Origin: an uncultured Chloroflexia bacterium | GTDB lineage: Bacteria > Chloroflexota > Chloroflexia > QHBQ01 > JADMIH01 | Direction: 5' to 3' | Assembly: GCA_963797095.1 (NCBI GenBank) | Contig: CAWCNY010000002.1 | Span: forward strand, 10,063-74,062 | DNA length: 64,000 bases | Part shown: piece after piece, positions 30,901 through 38,585 of the stretch | How the letters are laid out: each line of letters opens with the position of its first letter | Numbering within the stretch: the first letter of the stretch is position 1 | Translations under genes and position numbers: made by a program | The notes under the pieces: generated by a model | Told to the model about the DNA's origin: nothing | What the model saw: the letters and a program-made list of their open reading frames with translations, nothing else | Databases searched by the model: none

Positions 30901-31627
30901 CTGGAATGCTCAGGTTATTGGCAAGCGCAATCAAGGCTGGGATAGCTGCTGTATCGTCCCGACCAAGAGCGGTAAGCTCGATAAAGAAGTTGCCCTCACC
31001 GAAGGCCGACAGGAACATACCGGCTACCTTCGCCGCTCTTTGGGACTTACCTTGCATCACCAGCGAGTTGACCAGACCGCGCCTCCCACCTGACAAAGCA
31101 ATCAATCCCCTGACATGGCGTCCTGAGAGGATCATCTCTCGTGGCAGACGCACTGCTTTGAGAGGGCGGTGAGCAAGCTGTGTGCTTTGGGGAGGCGGTT
31201 TACCGGGGCGAGGTGTGAAGCCGAGCACAGGCACCCCCCATACGCCGGGTTCCCACGCCGGAATCTCGCCGCCATATTCAGTATCCTCATCGTCGTCATC
31301 GAAGCCAGCAGGAGTGAAAGCTTCGGGGTCTGAGTTGAGGCGTAGGACAGTAGAGAGGTGACATAGGTTGCGATAGCCGTCCATATTGCGAGCCAACAAG
31401 ACTACGCTGGAGCCATCGTCCAGGTCAACGGACATGCCGATTATCGGTTTTATGCCAGCTTTTTGGGCGTGTATGTAGAAGGATACCGCACCATAGAGGT
31501 TATTACGGTCGGTGAGACTCAGCGCGGGCATATGTAGCTTCTTTGCTGAGCCTATCAGGTTTGGGGGCGTGGCAGTGCCTTCCAGTAGGGAGAATGCGGA
31601 ATGGCAATGCAGATGGACGAACCCCAT
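27905..31627 (-). CDS. dnaE2: DNA polymerase III alpha-subunit family protein, DnaE2/ImuC-like (error-prone polymerase), 1240 aa with low-complexity insertions
   Basis: N-terminal PHP (HLHCHSAFSLLEG), polymerase active-site PDIDLD, C-terminal OB fold. No imuA/imuB neighbours. Flanked by tRNA-Arg 3'-half remnants. Confidence 0.75.
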   Translation of the reverse strand: MGFVHLHCHSAFSLLEGTATPPNLIGSAKKLHMPALSLTDRNNLYGAVSFYIHAQKAGIKPIIGMSVDLDDGSSVVLLARNMDGYRNLCHLSTVLRLNSDPEAFTPAGFDDDDEDTEYGGEIPAWEPGVWGVPVLGFTPRPGKPPPQSTQLAHRPLKAVRLPREMILSGRHVRGLIALSGGRRGLVNSLVMQGKSQRAAKVAGMFLSAFGEGNFFIELTALGRDDTAAIPALIALANNLSIPVVATNDVLYLAREDANTALALASARIGARGRASLDAPDIFETAHGQYQEGNSLTDEVGTERYFKSAEEMVELFSAYPQGAQAIANTQFIADQCNLELPLHKPLFPSVDLQGSETPFSRLWKLCFAGATRRYRPLTQDVIARLKYELEVIESLGFSPYFLVVYDIVHFAHSRDIPIMARGSAADSLVAYVLGITQIDPLQHDLLFERFLSRERAEFELPDIDLDLCWRRRDEVLHYVYERYGRDHAAIVGTHITFRLRSAWREMAKAMGVTPGRISYIANRLSHISQQERDEEAEAETGLESMDGIDGIDEPGTEAADTYSEEASAPRLSGEHEQRAFELARAIQGLPRHAGMHCAGVVITPSHIPLADLVPLQRAARDPSMSITQYEKDAIEALGLVKMDLLGSRALTTLVDALRASGLAKGSDSVGQALEAIPFDDERTYRMIANGDTLGCFQLESPGMRGLVKWLRPHSLGELAMAVSLFRPGPLEGGFLETFMRRHLGQAPVTYPHPSMEPLLKETNGVILYQEQFLKLVHQLAGLGLGEAEQLRKALGKAGSAEERARLGSRFVAGAIERGIDQLRAEKVWEIVSGYSGFGFCAAHAHTYALTAYRSAYVKAHYPAEYIAAMLNNQGGYYGPSVYVEDARRLRVRLLLPHINESGAWCEVPPATRSIRFGLQFVKGVSEKTISALLTERRSGGHFRSVLDLMSRVQMSPTEITALVKVGACDDLGSSVPFPLPSIPSISSVASIAPLPGEMGEPIGAVYSPHSLSSMNRRQMMALLPQLLFARKPARQANRNSLTHLSVATGSEGAVGLGMQGVMGDILQRQDSASPRILGDDTLRIEMPHVEEYTAIEKLRLEQEVVGFSLTCNEMELIEVPEAVPSKELHRYAEREVKVAGIAAAGHRHTCKDGSVMLFLTLQDRYGLIETVLFPDAYKAHIEVLAKGGNGPYLVSGRAQITGKGRAIGVQPPSDLQLADAVALKMHPVVVVEKIRLLNSEG

Positions 31628-31887
31628 GCAGGCTTCTCCAACACACCTTGTTGAGGTAGCTCATTAGTGTTGACAGAGGGAGCGTAAATACTCTCAACTA
31701 GATACATATCATAGAACATATGTGCTAGTCAATAGGTGGGGCTTTGATTCGTGGAATATTGCCTGGCTGCCTTAAATCGCAAAATCGCCAAGTCATCAAC
31801 TGAATCAACGTGGTGCAATCGTGAATAGTCAGGAAAAATCGGGGAGAATCGGAATTATCGTCTGTATTTACGCACAAAACTTGGCTT

Positions 31888-31934
31888 TGGCGCGCCCGGA
31901 GGGATTCAAGCCCCCGACCCTCTGATCCGAAGTC
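31888..31934 (-). repeat. Near-perfect copy (46/47) of the tRNA-Arg(TCG) 3' half, from CCA end to anticodon loop: attR-like remnant
   Basis: tggcgcgcccggagggattcaaGcccccgaccctctgatccgaagtc. Identity ends inside the anticodon loop. Confidence 0.8.
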
Positions 31935-32200
31935 CGCCAGATGGGTCATTTCAGCTAATAGCAGTATGCAGAATTGTATAATTGCATGGAGTTTTGTGCT
32001 TCAAGCCGACTGTTTCAGCTAATGATTGTACCAGGCTGGATGGGGCTATACAGGGCTATGTAATTCCCGTTGCTACACCTGTTGCTACACCTGCGGACTT
32101 ATCTGAGGGACTCGATTCTGTCGTACCCACTGCCTTGCTGCTTCGTGGTGCTCGTCATCTGGAATAGCATAGGCGAATAAAGCGCCGGTGTCGACAAAGA

Positions 32201-32503
32201 TCATGGTTTCATTTCGTGCTTAGGGTAGAGGATATCATCGTGATGCGCTGATATTTCTGTTCGCCCATCAGGATGCGGAATATAAGGAAGAGCTGCGATT
32301 TGATCCAGAACCGCAGCCAATTCCTCGCCCACCAGCAGGTTTCTGCCGCTTGTGCCCTTTACTCCCCTCTTGGTCGTCGCCCCTTGACCGGCAGCTGGGA
32401 TTTGTTGAACAACAATCATCTCCACCCTCGCGCCTTCCGGCAACTCAATCGGGCCGAGCGGGCGGAAAACACCATTCTCGTAAACTGCTCTGATCGATAC
32501 CAT
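32201..32503 (-). CDS. DUF104-like small protein (AF2212/antitoxin-like) with a C-terminal extension
   Basis: ATG at 32503 with RBS AGGAGG. MVSIRAVYENGVFRPLGPIELPEGARVEMIV matches the DUF104 signature. Confidence 0.4.
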   Translation of the reverse strand: MVSIRAVYENGVFRPLGPIELPEGARVEMIVVQQIPAAGQGATTKRGVKGTSGRNLLVGEELAAVLDQIAALPYIPHPDGRTEISAHHDDILYPKHEMKP

Positions 32504-32747
32504 CGGAATGCCTCCTGGTAGCGTTTCGGCGGTTGTCTGCACTCCACGCTTGTACACCATTCTGTTCCGATTATATCACAGCCCAGGCAGGAGATGACAT
32601 TATGTCTCACACCTTTTACAGGTACAACCGCCTGTATTGCTCAAATCGCACCAGCCTCTCATTCTCAATGACCACTATCGGGGTCACTGTCTTGATCCCC
32701 GTCTGTGAAGTGATATGTTCAGTTCGGATGGGTTTACCTCTTGCAGG

Positions 32748-33365
32748 TTATTCAGCATCGAGCACATCATCGACCCGCATTGAGAAATCAGCCAGGAGAG
32801 CGGAAGTTGCACGCTCACCGTGATGAAACACTCCGTGTTCCGTATACTTTGCGCCATTCAGCTTCAGGATAGTGACGGTGCCATTCATAGGATCGACGAT
32901 CCAATATTCGTTAATATGCGCCTCGGCGTAGTCGACGCGTTTTACTCGAATGTCTCGCGCCGGATCATCGGGACTGACGATCTCCACTACCAAATCGGCA
33001 CCGAGCCAATAGACTTCCTGATTGCGGGGATCATGAACGTCGCACAGGATGAGGAGATCCGGTTCGCGGAATTTGCCAGGACGGATCTGCAACCGCAATG
33101 GTGCATAGAAGACTGTGCCACCGCGCGGTTGCACGAAGGCCAGCAAAGCCAGGAAAAGAAACCGAGAGATCGCCTGATGTTTGCGAGTCGGCATCGGCAA
33201 TACCTCAATCACTCCATCCGTGAACTCGATGAGGCGCTTTGTTTGCTGGGTCAGGCGTAGATACTGCTCCTCGCTCCACAATCCTTGCAGTGAGTCGAGA
33301 TCGATCTCTGTGGGTTCGCCAGCCAGCAGCATCTGCATCATGGGAGCCTGCAAATTGGTAGCCAT
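32748..33365 (-). CDS. Uma2-family (DUF820) restriction-endonuclease-like protein
   Basis: 205 aa with the Uma2 pattern (TEEEYLRL...E...P..H..I...L.......PDL...D). Confidence 0.6.
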   Translation of the reverse strand: MATNLQAPMMQMLLAGEPTEIDLDSLQGLWSEEQYLRLTQQTKRLIEFTDGVIEVLPMPTRKHQAISRFLFLALLAFVQPRGGTVFYAPLRLQIRPGKFREPDLLILCDVHDPRNQEVYWLGADLVVEIVSPDDPARDIRVKRVDYAEAHINEYWIVDPMNGTVTILKLNGAKYTEHGVFHHGERATSALLADFSMRVDDVLDAE

Positions 33366-33481
33366 TAGTACTCCTCATCATACTCAAGTATCATTACGGT
33401 TGGCATTATTATGCTTTTCGGTCTGTTAGTATAATAACGTGGACCGCTGCCCTCTCCAGGTGGGTGGTCACTACCCTCCTG

Positions 33482-33976
33482 CTACACACTCCCTGCTTCC
33501 CCTGCTGCGTCCAGGTCTTGCCAGTTTCTGCCCCTCAGTTGTTCCAGATCGTCGCCGGTCCAACCCAATGCCTCGCGCAAGAACGTGCCTGAAAGCAGCA
33601 CCCTCAAGCGCTTGCGCAACTCCTCGGTGGTCTCGTCCTGGACGGTGAGGTCCTTATCCTCGCTCACCAGGTAATCGACCTTCGCGTTGATGGCCACCAA
33701 AGCTACAGGCACGTTGGTGACATCCCGCACAAGGTCGGCGCGAGCAGACACTTCGTCCGGCGTTGGGTCGGCAGCGATCTCGATCTCCGTGCGGGCGACA
33801 AACTGCTCGAACCGCTGAAGATGTTCCGGAAAGCTCTTTGCTAGGATTCTGCGAGCCTGAGCGAGCACATATGGGCTAAGCACGATCTGTATCTCTCCCC
33901 TCGATCTGGCTAACAGCACTTCGCGGGGCCAGCGCGACCAGCCACTGCCGGCCACAAGCACCGTAGTGTCGAGCAT
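33482..33976 (-). CDS. PIN-domain nuclease (putative TA toxin)
   Basis: MLDTTVL N-terminal acidic motif and SEDKDL distal acidic motif. The track ORF extends to 34099 with low-complexity N-terminal residues. Confidence 0.5.
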   Translation of the reverse strand: MLDTTVLVAGSGWSRWPREVLLARSRGEIQIVLSPYVLAQARRILAKSFPEHLQRFEQFVARTEIEIAADPTPDEVSARADLVRDVTNVPVALVAINAKVDYLVSEDKDLTVQDETTEELRKRLRVLLSGTFLREALGWTGDDLEQLRGRNWQDLDAAGEAGSV

Positions 33977-34082
33977 TACCCTGATCCGCCCTGTTCCCTC
34001 TCCTTGCTCCGGTTCTCCTCGATCTTCCCGCGCTCCCAGTCCTTCCCTATCTGATGGAGGCGGGTTAGGTGAGTCAGGTGAG

Positions 34083-34385
34083 TTAGCGTCGACTGCCATA
34101 TTGCTTGTCGAAGACCTCGCGCTTAGCCTCTTCCAGGTCCGCCATCAACTCCTCTTCGCTTATGCCTCTTTCTTCAAGTTCCTTACCAAAGGCTCGGCTG
34201 AACCTGTCGAACGCGGCGACAGCTTGCTCACGCCTCAATTTCTCGTACTCCTGGTAAGACAATATCACGGCCACCGGGTAGCCGTCGCGCTCCACGATCA
34301 GGTGCTCGTCCGACCGAAACACCCGCCTGAGCAGCTTGCCAAACGACCTGTGACCCTCCGAAGCTTTTACTATCGCTTGTCGCAT
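34083..34385 (-). CDS. Phd/YefM-family antitoxin
   Basis: QAIVKASEGHRSFGKLLRRV...ERDGYPVAVILSYQEYEKL. Immediately upstream of the PIN gene. Confidence 0.55.
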   Translation of the reverse strand: MRQAIVKASEGHRSFGKLLRRVFRSDEHLIVERDGYPVAVILSYQEYEKLRREQAVAAFDRFSRAFGKELEERGISEEELMADLEEAKREVFDKQYGSRR

Positions 34386-34478
34386 GTAACCACCTTCCTG
34401 CGCAATCCTGTTCGTATCCATACGTATCGTTACATATTATAACACTACTTGCTTCGTCCTGCTTCTCTGCCTTTTCCC

Positions 34479-34763
34479 CTAAAGCAGGTCCCGATAGGGG
34501 TCAATATCCTCCATCTGGAGGTCCTCAAGCGGGATGCCGAACGCCCGCGCCTGCTCCTGCATCAGCGCGATCACCTCGAAATACGCTAGTAGCCTTATAC
34601 TGTGGAACTCCCTCCACCCCGCGTCTTCCGGACCCCCACCCAACTCCTTCTCCGCTCTCGCGTCGAGCGCCCGCTCTTTCACCAGCCTTCCCAGGTCCGC
34701 CAGGTAGTACTTACAAGCGCTACCATTCGAGCTACGCCTCATGCCCGCTCCCCTCGCTTCCAT
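34479..34763 (-). CDS. Hypothetical protein
   Basis: 94 aa ORF on the island; no recognisable motif. Confidence 0.3.
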   Translation of the reverse strand: MEARGAGMRRSSNGSACKYYLADLGRLVKERALDARAEKELGGGPEDAGWREFHSIRLLAYFEVIALMQEQARAFGIPLEDLQMEDIDPYRDLL

Positions 34764-34836
34764 CTGCCCCTCCTCTTACCCGTAGACCCTTTCCATTTCC
34801 TCAGGAACGCTATCCGCATGTCAATCAGCCTGCGCC

Positions 34837-35361
34837 CTAGCCCGAACCGGACCCACTTCTCAAAGTCGCCCAGGCCCACCTGCCTGTATCCAAAAGCCTC
34901 CACCCGTACTCCCGCGCTTCTTCCAGTACCTTCTCTAGCGCGTCCAGCAGCGTCTCCCTCGATATGTGGCTGACCACCAGTAGCCCCAACTCCACCCAGG
35001 CGATTTCACCTTCACGCTCCAACTGCTCCTTGATGTACTCCGGCGTTCGTGCCGCGAACCCATAGCCTCGCCCATCCTTCATAGTCACCAGGAAAGTGTA
35101 GTAGCGGTAGTCCGGGACGTACACTCCCTCTTCTATATCCCGTAGAACCTCCGGATGCTCCTCCTCGCGGGAAAATGCGTAGTATAACCTGACCTCAGCG
35201 ATTTGCTCGTTGATCAGCTTATATTTCGCCAGATCTCCCACCTCAGCCTCACCATCTCTTCGGGCACGTCCAGCACCCTGGCCACGTACCCCACCTCCAT
35301 CCCCTCCATCTCTCCCAGCGCCCTCAGCGGCACCAGCAAATACGCCGCCGCATAGTCGCAC
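34837..35361 (-). CDS. Hypothetical protein (real start probably internal; N-terminus Gly/Arg/Ala low complexity)
   Basis: 174 aa ORF; the conserved-looking core begins near LAKYKLINEQ. Confidence 0.3.
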   Translation of the reverse strand: MRLCGGVFAGAAEGAGRDGGDGGGVRGQGAGRARRDGEAEVGDLAKYKLINEQIAEVRLYYAFSREEEHPEVLRDIEEGVYVPDYRYYTFLVTMKDGRGYGFAARTPEYIKEQLEREGEIAWVELGLLVVSHISRETLLDALEKVLEEAREYGWRLLDTGRWAWATLRSGSGSG

Positions 35362-35512
35362 TGCCTATCCTGCACCCTCTCCACCAACTCGGCGAACGTG
35401 CTCTGCAACGCCCACCCTCACATCTCATCCTCTTCAACTCCAGGTCACCCCTATGGTGGCCCATCAGCAGATGCGCCATCTCGTGCGCTATCACATACTG
35501 CCGTCGTGCCAA
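35214..35512 (-). pseudogene. Frameshifted remnant of an ImmA/IrrE-family zinc metallopeptidase
   Basis: HEMAHLLMGHH (HExxH) in ORF 35324-35512. ORF 35214-35408 in another frame carries the downstream ImmA/IrrE-like region. Confidence 0.4.
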
Positions 35513-35595
35513 TTCCTCGACCTCTCTCAGTCGTGAAATAGAAGTGTTACAGAAACGGGACTGTATGAGCCATTCACGGGAATCTCCAGGTTTGA

Positions 35596-37011
35596 TTACG
35601 GCTCATTGCCCCACCGGTAGCCTTCCGGCGGCAGGCTTATATTGACTGCCACTCGGTCGGCCCTGGCTTTGGCTTCACCGACGTGGGCTGTATAGCTGAG
35701 CCTACCGGCCAACATCAACGGATAAAGCCCCATCTCCGGATAATCGAGCAGGGTACGGTGGGCGCTGAAGAACTGGTTGAGAGCCTCGATTGCCAGCGTT
35801 AACGCCCTGACCTCCCGCTCGCTTGGCCTTATCGGTTCACTATGCGCCACCAGCCTGTGGAATGAAGGCACGGCTTCTCGCGATGGGTATTTCAGCTTTC
35901 GCTCGGCCAGCCAGCTCAGATAGGTCGGATCGCTCTCTTCTTCGGGGTCGAAATAGAGCAGCAGGCTGTCCTCAATGGCTTCCAGGTATTCTTCTTTGTC
36001 CATAGATTCGTCCGCTTCTTCGCCTACTTCGTCGTCTGTAGCGATGCCTTGAGCCTCCATCATCGTAGATAGCATCTCACGCAGGGCCTCCGGTGGTACT
36101 TCATCCACCGGCGCACCCAACTGCCGCATCAACTCTATCAACTCGCCTACTCTCTGATCCGCTTTCTCAATCGGCTTATCTATTGATGCTTCTGCATCTA
36201 CCGCTGTTTCTGCCACTTCGCGCTCCATGCGCGCCTCACCGCGCTGTAAGATGCGCTCGAAAGCCTCAAGGGAATAGTAGAAAGCCACGCCGTATACTTC
36301 ACCGGCGTTGCCGAGAACAACAGCGTAGAGGGTTTCTACATCCTGTTGGGGTCCGTGTCGACCCAGTTCAATGGCGATCGGTAGATCACTGCCCATGTAT
36401 TCCCACGGGGCACGACGCCAATAGCTGGCCGCCGCCTTGTAGAGAGGTGGTAGTAGTACTTCAGCAATAATCCACTCAAAAGGCTCAGGCGGATCCTTCC
36501 CGGCGTCCCCATTGGCGCCCAGTGCTGCGGACAGGTCGCGAAATGCTTCTTCATAGTCCGGCAAGTGTTCTGCATATTCAATGGGTATGCCGAGAGGAGC
36601 AAGCAAATGGCGCGCGGCCTCGGCCAGCACTGGATCGTTGATTATTATCCTCGTGGGAAGGCCAGGTTCGGGTGAGGGGAAGGGAATTGCAACAGGGGTA
36701 GCCACCGGCCTGGCAAGAGCCTCTACAAGTAGTTGAAGCGATTCGGTGATTCCGTCATCGCTGCTTTCGGCGGGGTTGATCAGCTGAACAGCACGGACGA
36801 AGCCGCTATCCGCCTCCACCCACAACGCTATCTGCGGTTGAACGGCCTGCTTATTTTCATAGATGTATACCCCCAATGGCCGCTTTCCACCCTGGATCAC
36901 TAAACCGCTACGGCGCGGCAAGGTCGCCAATTGCGCAATGATCGCTTGCAATCCGGTTGGATTGAGAACTTTCCGCTTAGTTCTTGCCATGGCCGGCGGC
37001 CCCCCTTTCAC
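35596..37011 (-). CDS. Hypothetical 471-aa acidic protein (island cargo)
   Basis: Long ORF with consistent codon usage; no motif I can assign. Confidence 0.4.
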   Translation of the reverse strand: MKGGPPAMARTKRKVLNPTGLQAIIAQLATLPRRSGLVIQGGKRPLGVYIYENKQAVQPQIALWVEADSGFVRAVQLINPAESSDDGITESLQLLVEALARPVATPVAIPFPSPEPGLPTRIIINDPVLAEAARHLLAPLGIPIEYAEHLPDYEEAFRDLSAALGANGDAGKDPPEPFEWIIAEVLLPPLYKAAASYWRRAPWEYMGSDLPIAIELGRHGPQQDVETLYAVVLGNAGEVYGVAFYYSLEAFERILQRGEARMEREVAETAVDAEASIDKPIEKADQRVGELIELMRQLGAPVDEVPPEALREMLSTMMEAQGIATDDEVGEEADESMDKEEYLEAIEDSLLLYFDPEEESDPTYLSWLAERKLKYPSREAVPSFHRLVAHSEPIRPSEREVRALTLAIEALNQFFSAHRTLLDYPEMGLYPLMLAGRLSYTAHVGEAKARADRVAVNISLPPEGYRWGNEP

Positions 37012-37369
37012 GCTGTGCTCGGTTACCAGATTATTCTACACTTCATCGATTGCATTGCCCAATATCACAATATCATACGAGACCTGAGCCAGATTCCTGG
37101 ATTGCTCGCCGGTGGGATTACTCCGATTTAGATTATTCATGACTTGATACGAAATGGACTATTTCGAACATCGCCGGGCTGGCGTCGCCGAGAGTTGAAT
37201 TACAGCGCTGGCGATTGTACCACACTTCGATTTACTCGAACATCGACTATTTTCTCACCTGAGCTCCTGCAATCCCATTATCCACCTCGATCGTCTATCT
37301 TGGAGCCTAGCACGCATAACCCCGCACTTTTATCCGGTTGCTACACTTGTTGCTACACCTGGACCTGAA

Positions 37370-37403
37370 TTGCTACAAAAATACGCCGGAACAGCGTTCC
37401 GGC
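37370..37403 (-). terminator. Rho-independent terminator downstream of tRNA-Arg
   Basis: Stem GCCGGAA/TTCCGGC with a 5-nt loop, followed on the minus strand by GUAUUUUUG. Confidence 0.6.
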
Positions 37404-37435
37404 GTCGCTTTTCGTGCGTAAATCTGCTACCAAAA

Positions 37436-37512
37436 TGGCGCGCCCGGAGGGATTCAAACCCCCGACCCTCTGATCCGAAGTCAGATGCTCTAGTTCGCTG
37501 AGCTACGGGCGC
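37436..37512 (-). tRNA. tRNA-Arg (anticodon TCG), CCA encoded
   Basis: Minus-strand sequence GCGCCCG-TA-GCTC-AGCGAACTA-GAGC-A-TCTGA-CTTCGGA-TCAGA-GGGTC-GGGGG-TTTGAAT-CCCTC-CGGGCGC-G-CCA folds as a cloverleaf with a 7-bp acceptor and 5-bp anticodon stem. The loop CUUCGGA gives anticodon UCG. The T-loop U56 is paired by a D-loop A at the 19 position (covariation). Confidence 0.85.
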
Positions 37513-37666
37513 AGGACTACACAGACTTTTAGCTTTTCTAGGCGTAAAACGAGGGTCAAGAAGGTGCTACTGCTCTCGAAATTAGCCGATGGTTTGACAT
37601 GCTCAATCTGATTAGATGCTGTGTCAAACCACTATTTAGCTTACTAAACTAGCTCATTTGTGTCAA

Positions 37667-37757
37667 GACGCCCGGAGCATCTGAATCGTCTGAGGGCAAG
37701 CTCGAAGTATCTCGCTTGGCTAGGGGTCGGGGGTTTGAATCCCTCCGGGCAGCCTTT
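37667..37757 (+). repeat. Inverted tRNA-Arg-derived fragment: acceptor/T-arm 27-mer plus the gagcatctga D/anticodon-stem segment, separated by a 40-nt insert
   Basis: gggtcgggggtttgaatccctccgggc at 37724-37750 is the reverse complement of 37442-37468. gagcatctga is at 37674-37683. It does not fold into a canonical cloverleaf. Confidence 0.6.
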
Positions 37758-38585
37758 AGTGACCGTACAGCTATCAATCTCCCAAAATCGGTCGGCTGGA
37801 CTTCGATGCGGGCCTACAGCCCGCAAGTAATAGGATGTGGCCCCCCCCGGGGTTGGGGCCCCTCAAATCTGTCTGCACCGACCCTGTGGAAAAGTCGGAT
37901 GCGCTTGACATAGTGTCGTAACATGCATCCAGCACAAAGAGCCAGGACGGGCTTTGGCGGGCAAGCCCTGGCTCTGAGTGCGGGTTGCGACTTTCGTCGC
38001 TTCTCTTACATACGTGCGGCTGAGGAGCACGCAGGCAACAGGTGTTGCAACGGGGAGTATAACACAGTAGACATGAGCTAACAATGTGGAAAAGGTGGAA
38101 AACTCGAACCTGTGACATCACTTGCGTGTTCTGACGCCGCTAGCTGAACGGAGAAGAAGCATGAAAATAAGGTTTGAGACGGAGTACAGAATTGGGGGCC
38201 GCAAGGTATCGCAACGCGAATGGTTGGACCATATGCTAAGCAAGCAGCCGAACGGATTGCCCGGAACTGTGAGGCAAGAATTAGGTGCCCGGAGCATGGG
38301 AAGCCGCCCAAGGTGACATATCTTGGGGGGAGGTTCCATATCGAGGGGTGCTGTGAGAAGGTAGTTGAGTTGACGAAACGTGCGCTGAGTCGTTGATATT
38401 GCCAGTGGGCAGAACTAGGGAGAGCAGGACCGCCACCTGCTCCCTTTGGTCTGCATACAACAACTAGTGTTGGTTTGTAGTATATTATTGTAGCGATGCA
38501 CATCCTTGTGGCGAAGTTGCAGTGACAAAGGATTTCCCGGTACTTTTCGGCGTTCGTGTGGCGGGCGCTGTTCTACGAGGTACAC

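Noticed and set aside
37667-37757. Candidate second tRNA gene (long-arm type) on the plus strand
   Set aside because: A 7-bp acceptor can be drawn (GCCCGGA/TCCGGGC), but it consumes the T-stem. No canonical D-arm, 7-nt anticodon loop or T-loop can then be formed. It is better explained as a rearranged fragment of tRNA-Arg.
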